From positions 6,076,001 through 6,140,000 of the forward strand of contig NC_134031.1 in assembly GCF_964204645.1 (NCBI RefSeq): 64,000 nucleotides of DNA. The letters run 5' to 3'. A program made the position numbers and the translations under genes. Source of the DNA: Tubulanus polymorphus (taxonomy: Eukaryota > Animalia > Nemertea). Shown here one piece after another: positions 1 to 10,220 of this stretch. Within the stretch, counting starts at the first letter, position 1. Every line of letters begins with the position of its first letter. Under the pieces are notes generated by a model that ran no database searches, was not told the origin of the DNA, and saw only the letters and a list, made by a program, of their open reading frames with translations.

Positions 1-381
1 AAAACCTTGGATGCAAACCCCCCATTGATCTATTACACCGCCAAAAATGCCTTGGGCCACCAGTCCAGCAAATATGATTCGTTGAATTGATAATAAGTTA
101 TGTGAAGTACAACGCATCTGATAAGATTTGCTAGATATATAGACTGGTGGCCGCTGAGCGGCAAACTGTCCGCCCAAAAGGATTTGATGGAACCTTCCCC
201 TTCTCTGGTTATCAATGTATACAAAAAATAGTATCAGAATAAATTGTTTTTTCAACAACTGTGCATTTTGGTCATTAACTTATGAAATACTGATTGATAT
301 CAGTATCTACCGGTCATTATTGTAACGGTTTATACGGCGTCAAAGATGTCCGGATAGCGTGGCTTTTGCTGAAATACTCAC

Positions 382-3300
382 CGGAACACGGCGCCTGTGT
401 ACATTGTGACCTTTCAGTCTCGAGGGTACCTCGCTCACCATTTAGTATGCCTAGTAGACAGGAGATGCCACCATTTGATGGCGGCGGATTGTTACACACC
501 CGTTTACGAGTTTTGACACCCACACCACAGGATTTGGAACATGTAGACCAGCCGCCCCAAATACCCCAGTTTCCATTAACTACAAATGAAAAAGAATAAT
601 GAGAAATAACGAGCATCGTATTAGTGATAATTTTGCGTACAATGAAGTGAGATACAAGTGTTTACACTACGCTGGGTTCAAACTAGTTAGTTACCTAATC
701 GTTGGTTGTAAGCTTTTTATAATCGGATGGGCTTATACCAATGTGGTTTGTGTGGTTTTTATGTGGTCTGTGAAAATGTCCGATCGTAACATTTGTGGCT
801 TAAAATGGGGTCCCAAAATTAACTTTTTTTTCATATTACATGTAATTTGTAATAAAGTCCCTGGCTTCATTTAGCCTTATTTAGCATAGGCCTAAACTCA
901 ATTCATTATACAGGCATACATCAAATAGCCTATGCATGTATGTTTATAATAAACAGTAACTTTCTGAAGAGAAATGAAAGGTTTTGCGCAAATCTGTAAT
1001 TCAATGTAATTCACTGTAATCGAGGTGTAATAAGCTGTAATAGCTGTAATAGCCAGATAAAACCAGTAATATTTGGCATAAATCTGTAATTCAATGTAAT
1101 TTGCTATAATTAAAGTGTAATAAGCTGTAATAGCTGAAATAACCATATAAAACCTAAGTAATCTGTAATTCAATGTAATTCACTGTAATTAAAGTGTAAT
1201 AAGCTGTAATGACTGTAATAACAGGTTTTACAGGTTGCCGGTTTTATCTGGTTATTACAGCTATTACAGCTTATTACACTTTAATTACAGCGAATTACAT
1301 TGAATTACAGATTTATGCCAAATATTACTAGGTAGTTTACATCAAGATCTTTATGTATTCTTTATATCATGTATATAGGGCTATATCATGAATTGAGTTT
1401 AGGCCTATGCATTGCGTATATCTGAGGCTAAATGAAGCCAGGGACTTTATTACAAATTACATGTAATATGGAAAAAAAGTTAATTTTGGGACCCCATTTT
1501 GAGCCTTATATATCGTAAAACTAACGGTATATAGATCGTAAAACTAAACCACAGACTAGTTACTGACTAGGTTCAAACGAATCCCTGCGAACAAAAACAG
1601 CCCCCGCCCTGCCCGCGGGTCTACTGAATGAACCAGGGGGCAAGACGCATAGTCACGGCATCGACTTAAGACCAACTTGGTTTTGTAACCAATCTTACTA
1701 CTTAAGATCATTCTTAAAATCTATGACCACTTTCAAACTTATGTCACGACTGTATAACCAGACCACCCAAGTGCATTCTTTTAGAGAAGACCTTACCTTT
1801 TCTGAAAAACTTGTTTCATTTTACCGATTTGCGCAAACCCAATCGATATGAATTGTTCGGAAATATCAAATCATGTAATTAGCTACAAAAACACAATTGT
1901 CGCGAAGGATATGACTTCAGTGTGCTGAAACAGTCAAACACAGATTTGACGTTAAACCTACCCGCATTTTAAGCATTGCATTTAGACGTTTTCCAAATTT
2001 ATTTGTACTGAGATGTATTGTATATATCGAAATTTATCGCATTGAAGTTCATTTTAATGAAATTAAAGGACCTATTTCAATAAAGTTAAATTCTATCTTT
2101 AAAACATACACTTTTGTATAGAGCAAATCGGGTAGAGTTATTTGGCTAAGAAAATTACGAAAATATGTCTTTAGCTATAAAAATACAATTCAGAACATTT
2201 CTACATCTTTATCCCAAAATGCCATCAGAGCCCGAAAACGGTTAAAGCCGCAATTCAGGACTGATCAAGTCTATCGAGAATCGCAGTGGATATTTAGCCG
2301 TATTCGGCAGAGTATTTACTTCCGCAATTCAAAACCGCACATCGTCGCTGATTGGCTCATTTACACCGCGCATGCGCAGGGAGGTGCGTGACTTCCACTT
2401 CGATCAAGAAATGAACATCGTCAAATGCCGAAAAAGTGGTTATTTTTCTTACTTGAACAAGTAGTTCCAGTACAAGTCAGAGTTTGTTCAGATCCGCCGA
2501 GTTGATCTTGTTCGGCGCAGGTTTTCCCGCCGTTAGCTGGTTTCGGGTTGGTGCAGGTGCGTGTGCGCGATTTAGTTCCCTTGCCGCAGTTATTGGAGCA
2601 ACCGCCCCACGCGGCCCAGTCACCATAACTACCGTCGACTAGAATCGCAGAAAGAAATCGAAATTAAAATTAAAATTTTTTTTACCGTCACATTGTCACA
2701 GCATTTCTTGAGGATACATTTTCTTTTCTTTTTCTCCAAAACGTCATTTCGTTTCATTTTATAATTTATTGAGATATTTGATAAAATAAACTATGGTATG
2801 TAGACTTTTGTTAACATCCATCCTGCCTATGATACCCCCTCCACGTCCACAGGTTTATGTATTGATTTATATATTGCCTTCGGGGAAATGTTTTGCTAAC
2901 ATCCCGCCTACGATACCCCCATTTTCTGGTCGTAAATTAACATATTTTCTATGCATTTTATTTCACGTCACCTGAAAATGTTTTCGAATGAGAATTTAAA
3001 ATGTGTTATTCTCTAGTTCATTTTTGGATTCCATCATGATGCAATCGCTAGACTCGGCCACGACACGAACCCCTGCCACACTAGACCGGGTGTGCAGGTA
3101 CATGCGCACCTTAGCCGCATGAAAACTTGCAGCGACAATCAGATTTCTCGTTGTATAATCGCTGAGACGGACCTAATACCCCTCTAGGTCCGCAGGGGCC
3201 CTGCGTAGATGCACGATAAACAAAAATACAAGACCAGATCTGTTTTTTCAAATACTCACTAATACACGGTGTCGTAGCGCAAGTTTTTTTCTCCGTGTCT

Positions 3301-6300
3301 CCCCCGAGGTTCAATTCAGCGCAAGTTTTCCCGCCATTAGTCACGCCTTGACAGGTGCGCGTTCGCGTCTGCTCGCCACCGCCGCATCTCTTCGAACAAG
3401 TACCCCACGCAGCCCATTGAGAATAAACGCCGTCAATAGCTGAACGTGAAAAGTAATGGCCGTCTTTCAACTTACAATAAGACAATTCATTTTGAAATTG
3501 ATGTATTCCAACAACACGATCGATTTCGCTTAGTATTTAGTTGTATAGTTGCTCTTTTCTGTGGGCTTACATGTATATATGCCCTTCAGTACAAGTTCAC
3601 TTCATCATACCTGATGAGGCTCTAATTATGAATCAGGTAATTCGATCGTGTTGTTGGAATACATCAGTAAAAAATCACAATCTATCTTTTGGTATTTCAT
3701 TTCCATCTATTCAAAATATATTTATTGATATTCCTAACTTAAAGATGTAAAATCAATACTAATCACGTCAGTAGTGATAGTGGGTTACTATAGGCCCGTG
3801 GTTAAATTGTGGTTGTGGTTAAATCCAAGATGGCGGCTGTCATGTGATCCAAGATGGCGTCCGTCCAAGATGGCGGCTGTGGTCACGTGATCAAAGATGG
3901 CGCCCCGATCTAAGATGGCGACTGTGGTCACGTGATCAAAGATGGCGCCCCGATCCAAGATGGCGACTGTGGTCACGTGATCAAAGATGGCGGATTTTGA
4001 AATTTCGATGGATGCTCACACCAGCTGTTACCCGATTACTCATGCGATAATCCGCGTTCGAATAGATTAAACAATACCAAATAACGACAGTTATATATTT
4101 CAAACAATGTTATTTATTTCAAACCAAGATATATATATATATGTAATATAGGAATAGCGTTCTATTTTTTACATTTTATACATTTTTCACGATTATTGCT
4201 GAACGCCTTGACACACACATCGTGAATAACGCATCCACAAAATCTCTCAGTTTTGCAATGTTCCATACATATCGCGCACAATTTAATGCTGCAAACACGC
4301 GATAAACACTTAAAACACATCTGTAAATCAGATGATGTTTCGAGGTCATCTTTGCATTTTCTACAAAATGTTCCGGCAATACAGGACTGATAAACGTCAG
4401 GTGACTTCCAATCTTTACAGCGGCTTCACATTGTTGTTCGGATCCTACGCGTCAAGTTATGAATAGCTGAACAATCGTCCATCGGGCAGTTGAAATTCTT
4501 TGAGTTAGGCGTTCAAACTCATCATTATTCCATCGGCCAGTTTCTATTGGGAGCTTATGGTTTGCAGGACGGAATTTAGTTAAATTAATTATGAGGTTAA
4601 CTGAAAAATCAGAGACTAGATGGTTACGGGGCTTGACTCAATGCCACGCGCTTGGACATGTTCTAATGTTATGTATTGTATACAAAGTGTTGACAAGCTC
4701 AATTTATACAGCATTGTAGCCCTCCGGCATTTTCAAAGTTTTAGATGATTTATCAATAGAAATACTCTTATAATGCGCATCCTAGTGCGTTAGTGTTTAA
4801 CATATTTTCACAAATTCCCCATACTTTTACATTGCAATATTATATCGAGATTTTCTACATTTCATGCATTTTACAGCTAGACCTGCAATGTAAAAGTATG
4901 GGGAATTTGTGAAAATATGTTTAAAAAACATAAATATTTAAGAAAAGTTTTTAAAAATTGGGAATTTTGTAACAAAGAAAAAGCGATGCGAAAAAAAAGA
5001 TAAAGTATATACATATACATATTTTTGTCTGTTATTTCTCTATATTTGGAAAGACTAAAGTGATTTAGTTACATGTGTGTGTAGTTTCGTTGTTTAAAAT
5101 CACTTGTGTATACAAAACTTTGGAACCATATTTTTCAAAAACCTAAAAATTGTTATACCGCGTTTATTGAAAATTTAAAATCATCATCCTACTAAAACGC
5201 CATATACTGAAAAATGATAAAACCGGAAATCCCATTTTCTATTTTTTCATCAAACCTGTTAGTATTTTCCTATTAAAAAAGTCCAAACCATATTTTTTTA
5301 AACTGAAAAATTGTTTAACCTCGTTAACTGGAAATAAAGAATTCTGCATTATAATCAATGTAAGTTATCGGGAAATGCTTACAACTCGAAATCTAATAAA
5401 CTGCGGTTTTACATATTCGACACTAAAACACTAAAATCACTTAAACACTAACGCACTAGGATGCGCATTATAAGAGTATTTCTATTGATAAATCATCTAA
5501 AACTTTGAAAATGCCGGAGGGCTACAATGCTGTATAAATTGAGCTTGTCAACACTTTGTATACAATACATAACATTAGAACATGTCCAAGCGCGTGGCAT
5601 TGAGTCAAGCCCCGTAACCATCTAGTCTCTGATTTTTCAGTTAACCTCATAATTAATTTAACTAAATTCCGTCCTGCAAACCATAAGCTCCCAATAGAAA
5701 CTGGCCGATGGAATAATGATGAGTTTGAACGCCTAACTCAAAGAATTTCAACTGCCCGATGGAAGATTGTTCAGCTATTCATAACTTGACGCGTAGGATC
5801 CGAACAACAATGTGAAGCCGCTGTAAAGATTGGAAGTCCTGTATTGCCGGAACATTTTGTAGAAAATGCAAAGATGACCTCGAAACATCATCTGATTTAC
5901 AGATGTGTTTTAAGTGTTTATCGCGTGTTTGCAGCATTAAATTGTGCGCGATATGTATGGAACATTGCAAAACTGAGAGATTTTGTGGATGCGTTATTCA
6001 CGATGTGTGTGTCAAGGCGTTCAGCAATAATCGTGAAAAATGTATAAAATGTAAAAAATAGAACGCTATTCCTATATTACATATATATATATCTTGGTTT
6101 GAAATAAATAACATTGTTTGAAATATATAACTGTCGTTATTTGGTATTGTTTAATCTATTCGAACGCGGATTATCGCATGAGTAATCGGGTAACAGCTGG
6201 TGTGAGCATCCATCGAAATTTCAAAATCCGCCATCTTTGATCACGTGACCACAGTCGCCATCTTGGATCGGGGCGCCATCTTTGATCACGTGACCACAGT

Positions 6301-6865
6301 CACCATCTTGGATCGGGGCGCCATCTTTGATCACGTGACCACAGCCGCCATCTTGGACGGACGCCATCTTGGATCACATGACAGCCGCCATCTTGGATTT
6401 AACCACAACCACAATTTAACCACGGGCCTATAGTAACCCACTATCACTACTCACGTCTTAATGTTTCCGGCTTGTATCTGTTAACCTAAGTTAGCACCTT
6501 TTTCAAGTGTTTTTTTTTCAATTTCAGTTTCAAAAACATTACAATGATTACAAAAAAAAACAATATGGCTTGAAATCTTAATCCCTTTTTCATAAAAAAA
6601 TGATCAAGTTTTTCCTGATTTCATGATTTTATATCTGTTACACAGATTAAGATTGTAGATTTTGATTTATCAGAAATTTATCATGAATATAAATGGATAT
6701 TCCTGTCATTTCGATCATAGATGTTAAATGAACGGTTTCTTTTCCTTGGACTCGCCTCAGATCAGGAGGAATCTGATTTTCTTCTACTAGAAACGTATTT
6801 TAAATCTTACCCTGGGCATCTACTTTCAGAGACAAAAGAACGAAAGCGAAATTGATTAACTTCAT
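382..6865 (-). CDS. Secreted thrombospondin type-1 (TSP1) repeat protein, 5' part; coding exons 6865-6811, 3439-3260, 579-382; gene continues beyond window start
   Basis: Exon 6865-6811 encodes a signal-peptide-like [18 protein letters not shown] followed by a phase-1 GTAAG donor. Exons 3439-3260 ([28 protein letters not shown]) and 579-382 ([29 protein letters not shown]) are phase 1-1 TSP1 modules (WxxWxxCSxxCGxGxxxRxRxC) with canonical AG/GT sites. Exact family cannot be named. Confidence 0.85.
797..1505. mobile_element. MITE/foldback element with long TIRs and internal ~80-bp repeats
   Basis: GGCTTAAAATGGGGTCCCAAAATTAAC... at 797 is the reverse complement of ...GTTAATTTTGGGACCCCATTTTGAGCC ending 1505 (over 100 bp). 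Inside are three direct and one inverted copy of an AATCTGTAATTCAATGTAAT unit. No TSD seen. Confidence 0.75.
4162..4482 (-). pseudogene. Mirror copy of the RING-variant-like ORF in the left TIR (6 codons longer, same internal TGA at 4428-4426)
   Basis: Reverse complement of the right-arm ORF with an in-frame 18-bp extra segment (adds PDVYQS). Confidence 0.6.
5759..6061 (+). pseudogene. Cys-rich RING-variant-like ORF inside the right TIR, interrupted by one TGA (5813-5815)
   Basis: Hand translation: MEDC...[21 protein letters not shown]...CFKC...[39 protein letters not shown]-terminal C4-H-C3 ligand pattern; AATAAA follows near 6103. Confidence 0.6.
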
Positions 6866-7025
6866 TTCTGTTCTCCCTGAAGTAAGAAAAATAAAATTTC
6901 TTTATTACGCAAGTTTAGTTTAATTATAAATTACCAATTAGGTTGCGAAGAGCCGTTGAGTTTTAAGAATTTGAAAATAAACTTACCAGTTTCGAGCAGA
7001 GAGATGTACCGTGAGTGACTTGACC

Positions 7026-7062
7026 GACTGACTTGAACGGGAATTGTTTTAGATTTATATAG
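7026..7062 (-). promoter_or_regulatory. TATA box plus initiator core promoter of the TSP1 gene
   Basis: Minus-strand TATATAAA (7061-7054) about 30 nt upstream of an Inr-like TCAGTC (7031-7026), followed by a short 5'UTR exon ending at a GTAAGT donor near 6986 and the acceptor at 6877-6878 preceding the ATG exon. Confidence 0.65.
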
Positions 7063-7237
7063 AAAAACTACGCATGTGTCTGGACTCGAACCGCTGACCG
7101 TTTGACCGTCTCCAGTTACTAAGGGTTAAATTGTTTTGAATATGAAACGATCCAACTGTGATGAGATTTATGTCTTGCGTTGAAAGCTTTCCAACTATCG
7201 ACCCAAAACGAAGTTCGGAAAGTGCGCTGATTAAATG

Positions 7238-7528
7238 TCTAACGTCTGGTGTTTGTAGTTCATTTTAACTTAGAAATATCTCAGGTGAAGCACTGGAACA
7301 TACGTGAAGTGTGGACGATCAGTTTTTGAAAGTGTTTTTATAAAATGTCTAATGTCTGGTGTTTGTAGTTCATTTTTGATAAATAATGTCTCAGGTGAAC
7401 ACACGCGAAGTGTGAGTTCTGAACACGTGTTAAGTGTGGGCGATCAGTTTTTGAAAGTGTGCTGAGGTCTAATATCTGGTGTTTGTCTTTGATTTTCAAT
7501 TAAAAATATCTCAGGTGAAGTTCTGAAC
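7238..7528. repeat. Three degenerate ~110-bp tandem repeats
   Basis: TCTAA(C/T)RTCTGGTGTTTGT...TCTCAGGTGAA unit recurs near 7238, 7348 and 7468. Confidence 0.6.
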
Positions 7529-8364
7529 TCAAATGTGGCAATCAAACGGTCGTCTATTAATATTCATTCGAAGGTAACATTTTAATGGGTTCACGAAAGA
7601 AGACCACATGCCCGCACTGTGTCCTTTACTAAAAGACGATCTTTTCCCATTAATAATAACATTATCGGCTGGTGATTTTTTGAATTGTTCTGATATCACG
7701 CTTTCTTCGAAGTTTCTCAATGATGTCTTAAAATCGCTAAATGACAAGTCGTCTTTTTGAGACACCACGCTTATGAACGGTTTATAGAGTCTTCTGGTAA
7801 ACATTGCAGAATCATCGATATCAAGGCTATCGTTGATTGTCTCTTCAGTCGTTTTTAATAGGGCTGCAGCAGTTTCTGCCCTCAACATGAAATCAGTCAA
7901 CGATTCTTCGCCGCCCTTTCGCAACGAAGTTAGTTCTTGATGCAACGAATCGGGAACCGGGAACCGGGTTTGAATCGGGAGCCGAATCGGGAACCGGGAA
8001 CCGGGAGCCAGCTTCACGGGGGTTAAAGTACCGCACCGCCATCTTGGCTCGGCAAAATCACTTGGTGTAACTTATTAATTCTCATAAATCCTATAAACTT
8101 GGTTTCCCATAGTTCATACTGCGAGTCCTCGCCATTAAACAGCGGATAAGCCTAACCCCTCTGGGCCCATAACCTGTTAAAGACATCTTTTCAGATAATC
8201 CTCTATCCTTAGGCCGCAGGCGCAGTGAGAGAAAACCGCAAACCGTATACTACGACTATTTTATTGCAACTAAAAAAAACACAGAGATTGGTTATAGATG
8301 TGACGAAAGCAATAGAAAACTGGCGGGAATTAACCCTTACACTTGATCACATGATATATCAACA
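7529..8364 (-). mobile_element. Truncated Ty1/Copia LTR retrotransposon: 5' LTR (8364-8175), PBS (8174-8161), degenerate gag fragment
   Basis: 190-bp LTR bounded by TGTT...AACA with an internal minus-strand AATAAA, directly followed by GGTTATGGGCCCAG (the copia-type initiator-Met half-tRNA PBS). Downstream peptide ELTSLRKGGEESLTDFMLRAETAAALLK resembles Copia gag. Confidence 0.8.
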
Positions 8365-9441
8365 TCCTTTTTTTGACTTATCAATCATTGTTAAGTTTGT
8401 CAATCTAAAAATGTCTAAATAACGACCGACGTTCAAAAATGTTCAAAAATCACGTAACGCGTCGAGTTGGGGGTCTAACAAATCTTGTTACAGCTTGTTA
8501 CAGGGGGAGGGAGGCGTCAGGACATCTGTAACATAACAAAACACGATGACATTCTTCATAATACCATTTGAACTATAGAATATGCTTGATATTATAGCTG
8601 AACTATATTGAACTTAAAACTTTCCGACAATAACTTATTTACAACAACACTAAGAGTCTTGACTACTGAGGGCAAAATGAACTTTGAACATTTTGTTTAA
8701 ACGACCAGAAACTGATCCTCATCTTCCCATTGAGGTAATCCATCATTAATCGCGTACAGGGGTGTTCCTGCTTCGACTCGTTCTGGCTGGGGCCCCTCAA
8801 AGTAGCCTAAGCGTCTTGCTGCAAGTCTATAAACAGGTCGTACTCTCGCTGCGGGGACTGGTTGCCTGCTTGGATCTTTGACGCATAAATCAATAAGTGG
8901 TGCATTATTTACTGCTAGAGTGTTACCAATGTCCTAATGGTCGAAATGAATAATAAGGCCAATATGGGGGGGGGGGGGGCAGGACGGGTATTTCATTTTG
9001 TTACATAATATTTAGGGGGGTGTGACAACATTCGTAGCTGTTACAAGGGGAGGGGTGTGTCTAAATTTCCCCTAAAATGTATTGTCCCCTGGGAATAGGC
9101 ATAACGAACCCTTAGGCCTTTTCTATAATTACTTGGAATTCTTCGTCCAGATCCCGGAATTCTGCAAAATTCATCAAATTAGCAACACATTTTAATTAGT
9201 TCTCCTCTTGTACAGTAACCTGTCTGTGTTTAGTTTCACGAACGGATATTTTCACAAGCCACATACAAGCACGTATGAAAATGGTATATATATATCCAAT
9301 TATAAACAGGCTGATAAAAAGCTGATAAAAGGCTTACCACCAATGATTAACTACCGAGACCGGTACCGGTATTCATAATGAATTGATTTTGTGATAAAAC
9401 TACGCAATGAATCGCGAGAGACGAATGAAATATAAGTCCCG

Positions 9442-10150
9442 GTCCCACAATCACAGGATCGAAAAAGATCAAAACTAAAACATCAAAACTATTAAAATTT
9501 ATTTAATACCTCGAATTTTCGGTTTTAGGCCTATGCTAAAACCGATTTACAAGAGTGACTAAAAGTATTACACACAGTATATACTTATATCACTAAGCAA
9601 CTCGAACGACACACACTTGCACACTCAAACTACAGTACTAAATGTACTTTAGGCGATATTGACCAGAGCGGAAAAACGGGACAAAAGTGGGGAGACACCA
9701 AGGTTACCATAGTCTGATACCAGTCGTTGTTACGGTTCCCTGCCACGTTTGTTTGGGGAACAACGGCTATGTACTAGACTAAAAAGGTTACCATAATTGA
9801 TAAGAATTTGAATGGGAATTTATTAAAGCCGAAAGACTCCGGGTACACTCCTTCTCAGTGAAACGGAAAAATTATACGAGAATTATTAAAATCAAATTGA
9901 TGACCTTTAGAGTCCCAAACATAGGTAGCCACAGCACTTTGTGTCAATGGTAAACTTGGTTTCCCATATCACCTTGAGTGTCGGCCTTGCCGTGCGTGGT
10001 CTAATACTGCTAATACCATATTCATATACCTTTAGTCACTCTTGCAAATGGTTTTTAGCATAAAACCGAAAATTCGAGGTTTCATTAGATTATAAACGTT
10101 AATAGTTTTGATGTTTTAAAATCTTTTTCGCTGATCCTGTGATTTTGGGA
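9442..10150. repeat. Old inverted-repeat pair (arms ~9442-9567 and ~10025-10150) immediately upstream of the INTS5 start codon
   Basis: AAAACATCAAAACTATTAA...CCTCGAATTTTCGGTTTTA...CAAGAGTGACTAAA matches the reverse complement of TTTAGTCACTCTTG...TAAAACCGAAAATTCGAGG...TTAATAGTTTTGATGTTTT, with indels. Confidence 0.7.
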
Positions 10151-10220
10151 CTTTTGTGGGATATTTGAACTGATATTTATTTCACCGCTGGAATGCCAAC
10201 TGCGGCAGGCGAGGGTGAGA

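Larger units (their letters stand above)
3770..6451. mobile_element. Non-autonomous Polinton/Maverick-like element (TIRs 3770-4800 and 5441-6451) in an intron of the TSP1 gene
   Basis: Near-identical ~1-kb inverted repeats, termini 5'-AGTAGT...ACTACT-3', 6-bp TSD CACGTC (3764-3769 and 6452-6457). AG termini, long TIRs and 6-bp TSD are established Polinton hallmarks. No pPolB, integrase or capsid ORF remains. Confidence 0.8.

Noticed and set aside
898-1173. 91-aa ORF with AITAYYT repeats
   Set aside because: Translation of internal tandem repeats of a MITE.
3788-4050. Repetitive ORFs ([24 protein letters not shown])
   Set aside because: Translations of the YY1/E-box DNA repeat array.
5844-6047. 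67-aa [13 protein letters not shown]... present twice (also 4176-4379)
   Set aside because: Duplication only reflects the TIRs; it overlaps the Cys-rich frame, which has the recognisable motif.
6175-6220. ATGA-N10-AA...GA pattern as a SECIS for the TGA in the RING-like ORF
   Set aside because: Helix II does not pair and it lies beyond the AATAAA signal.
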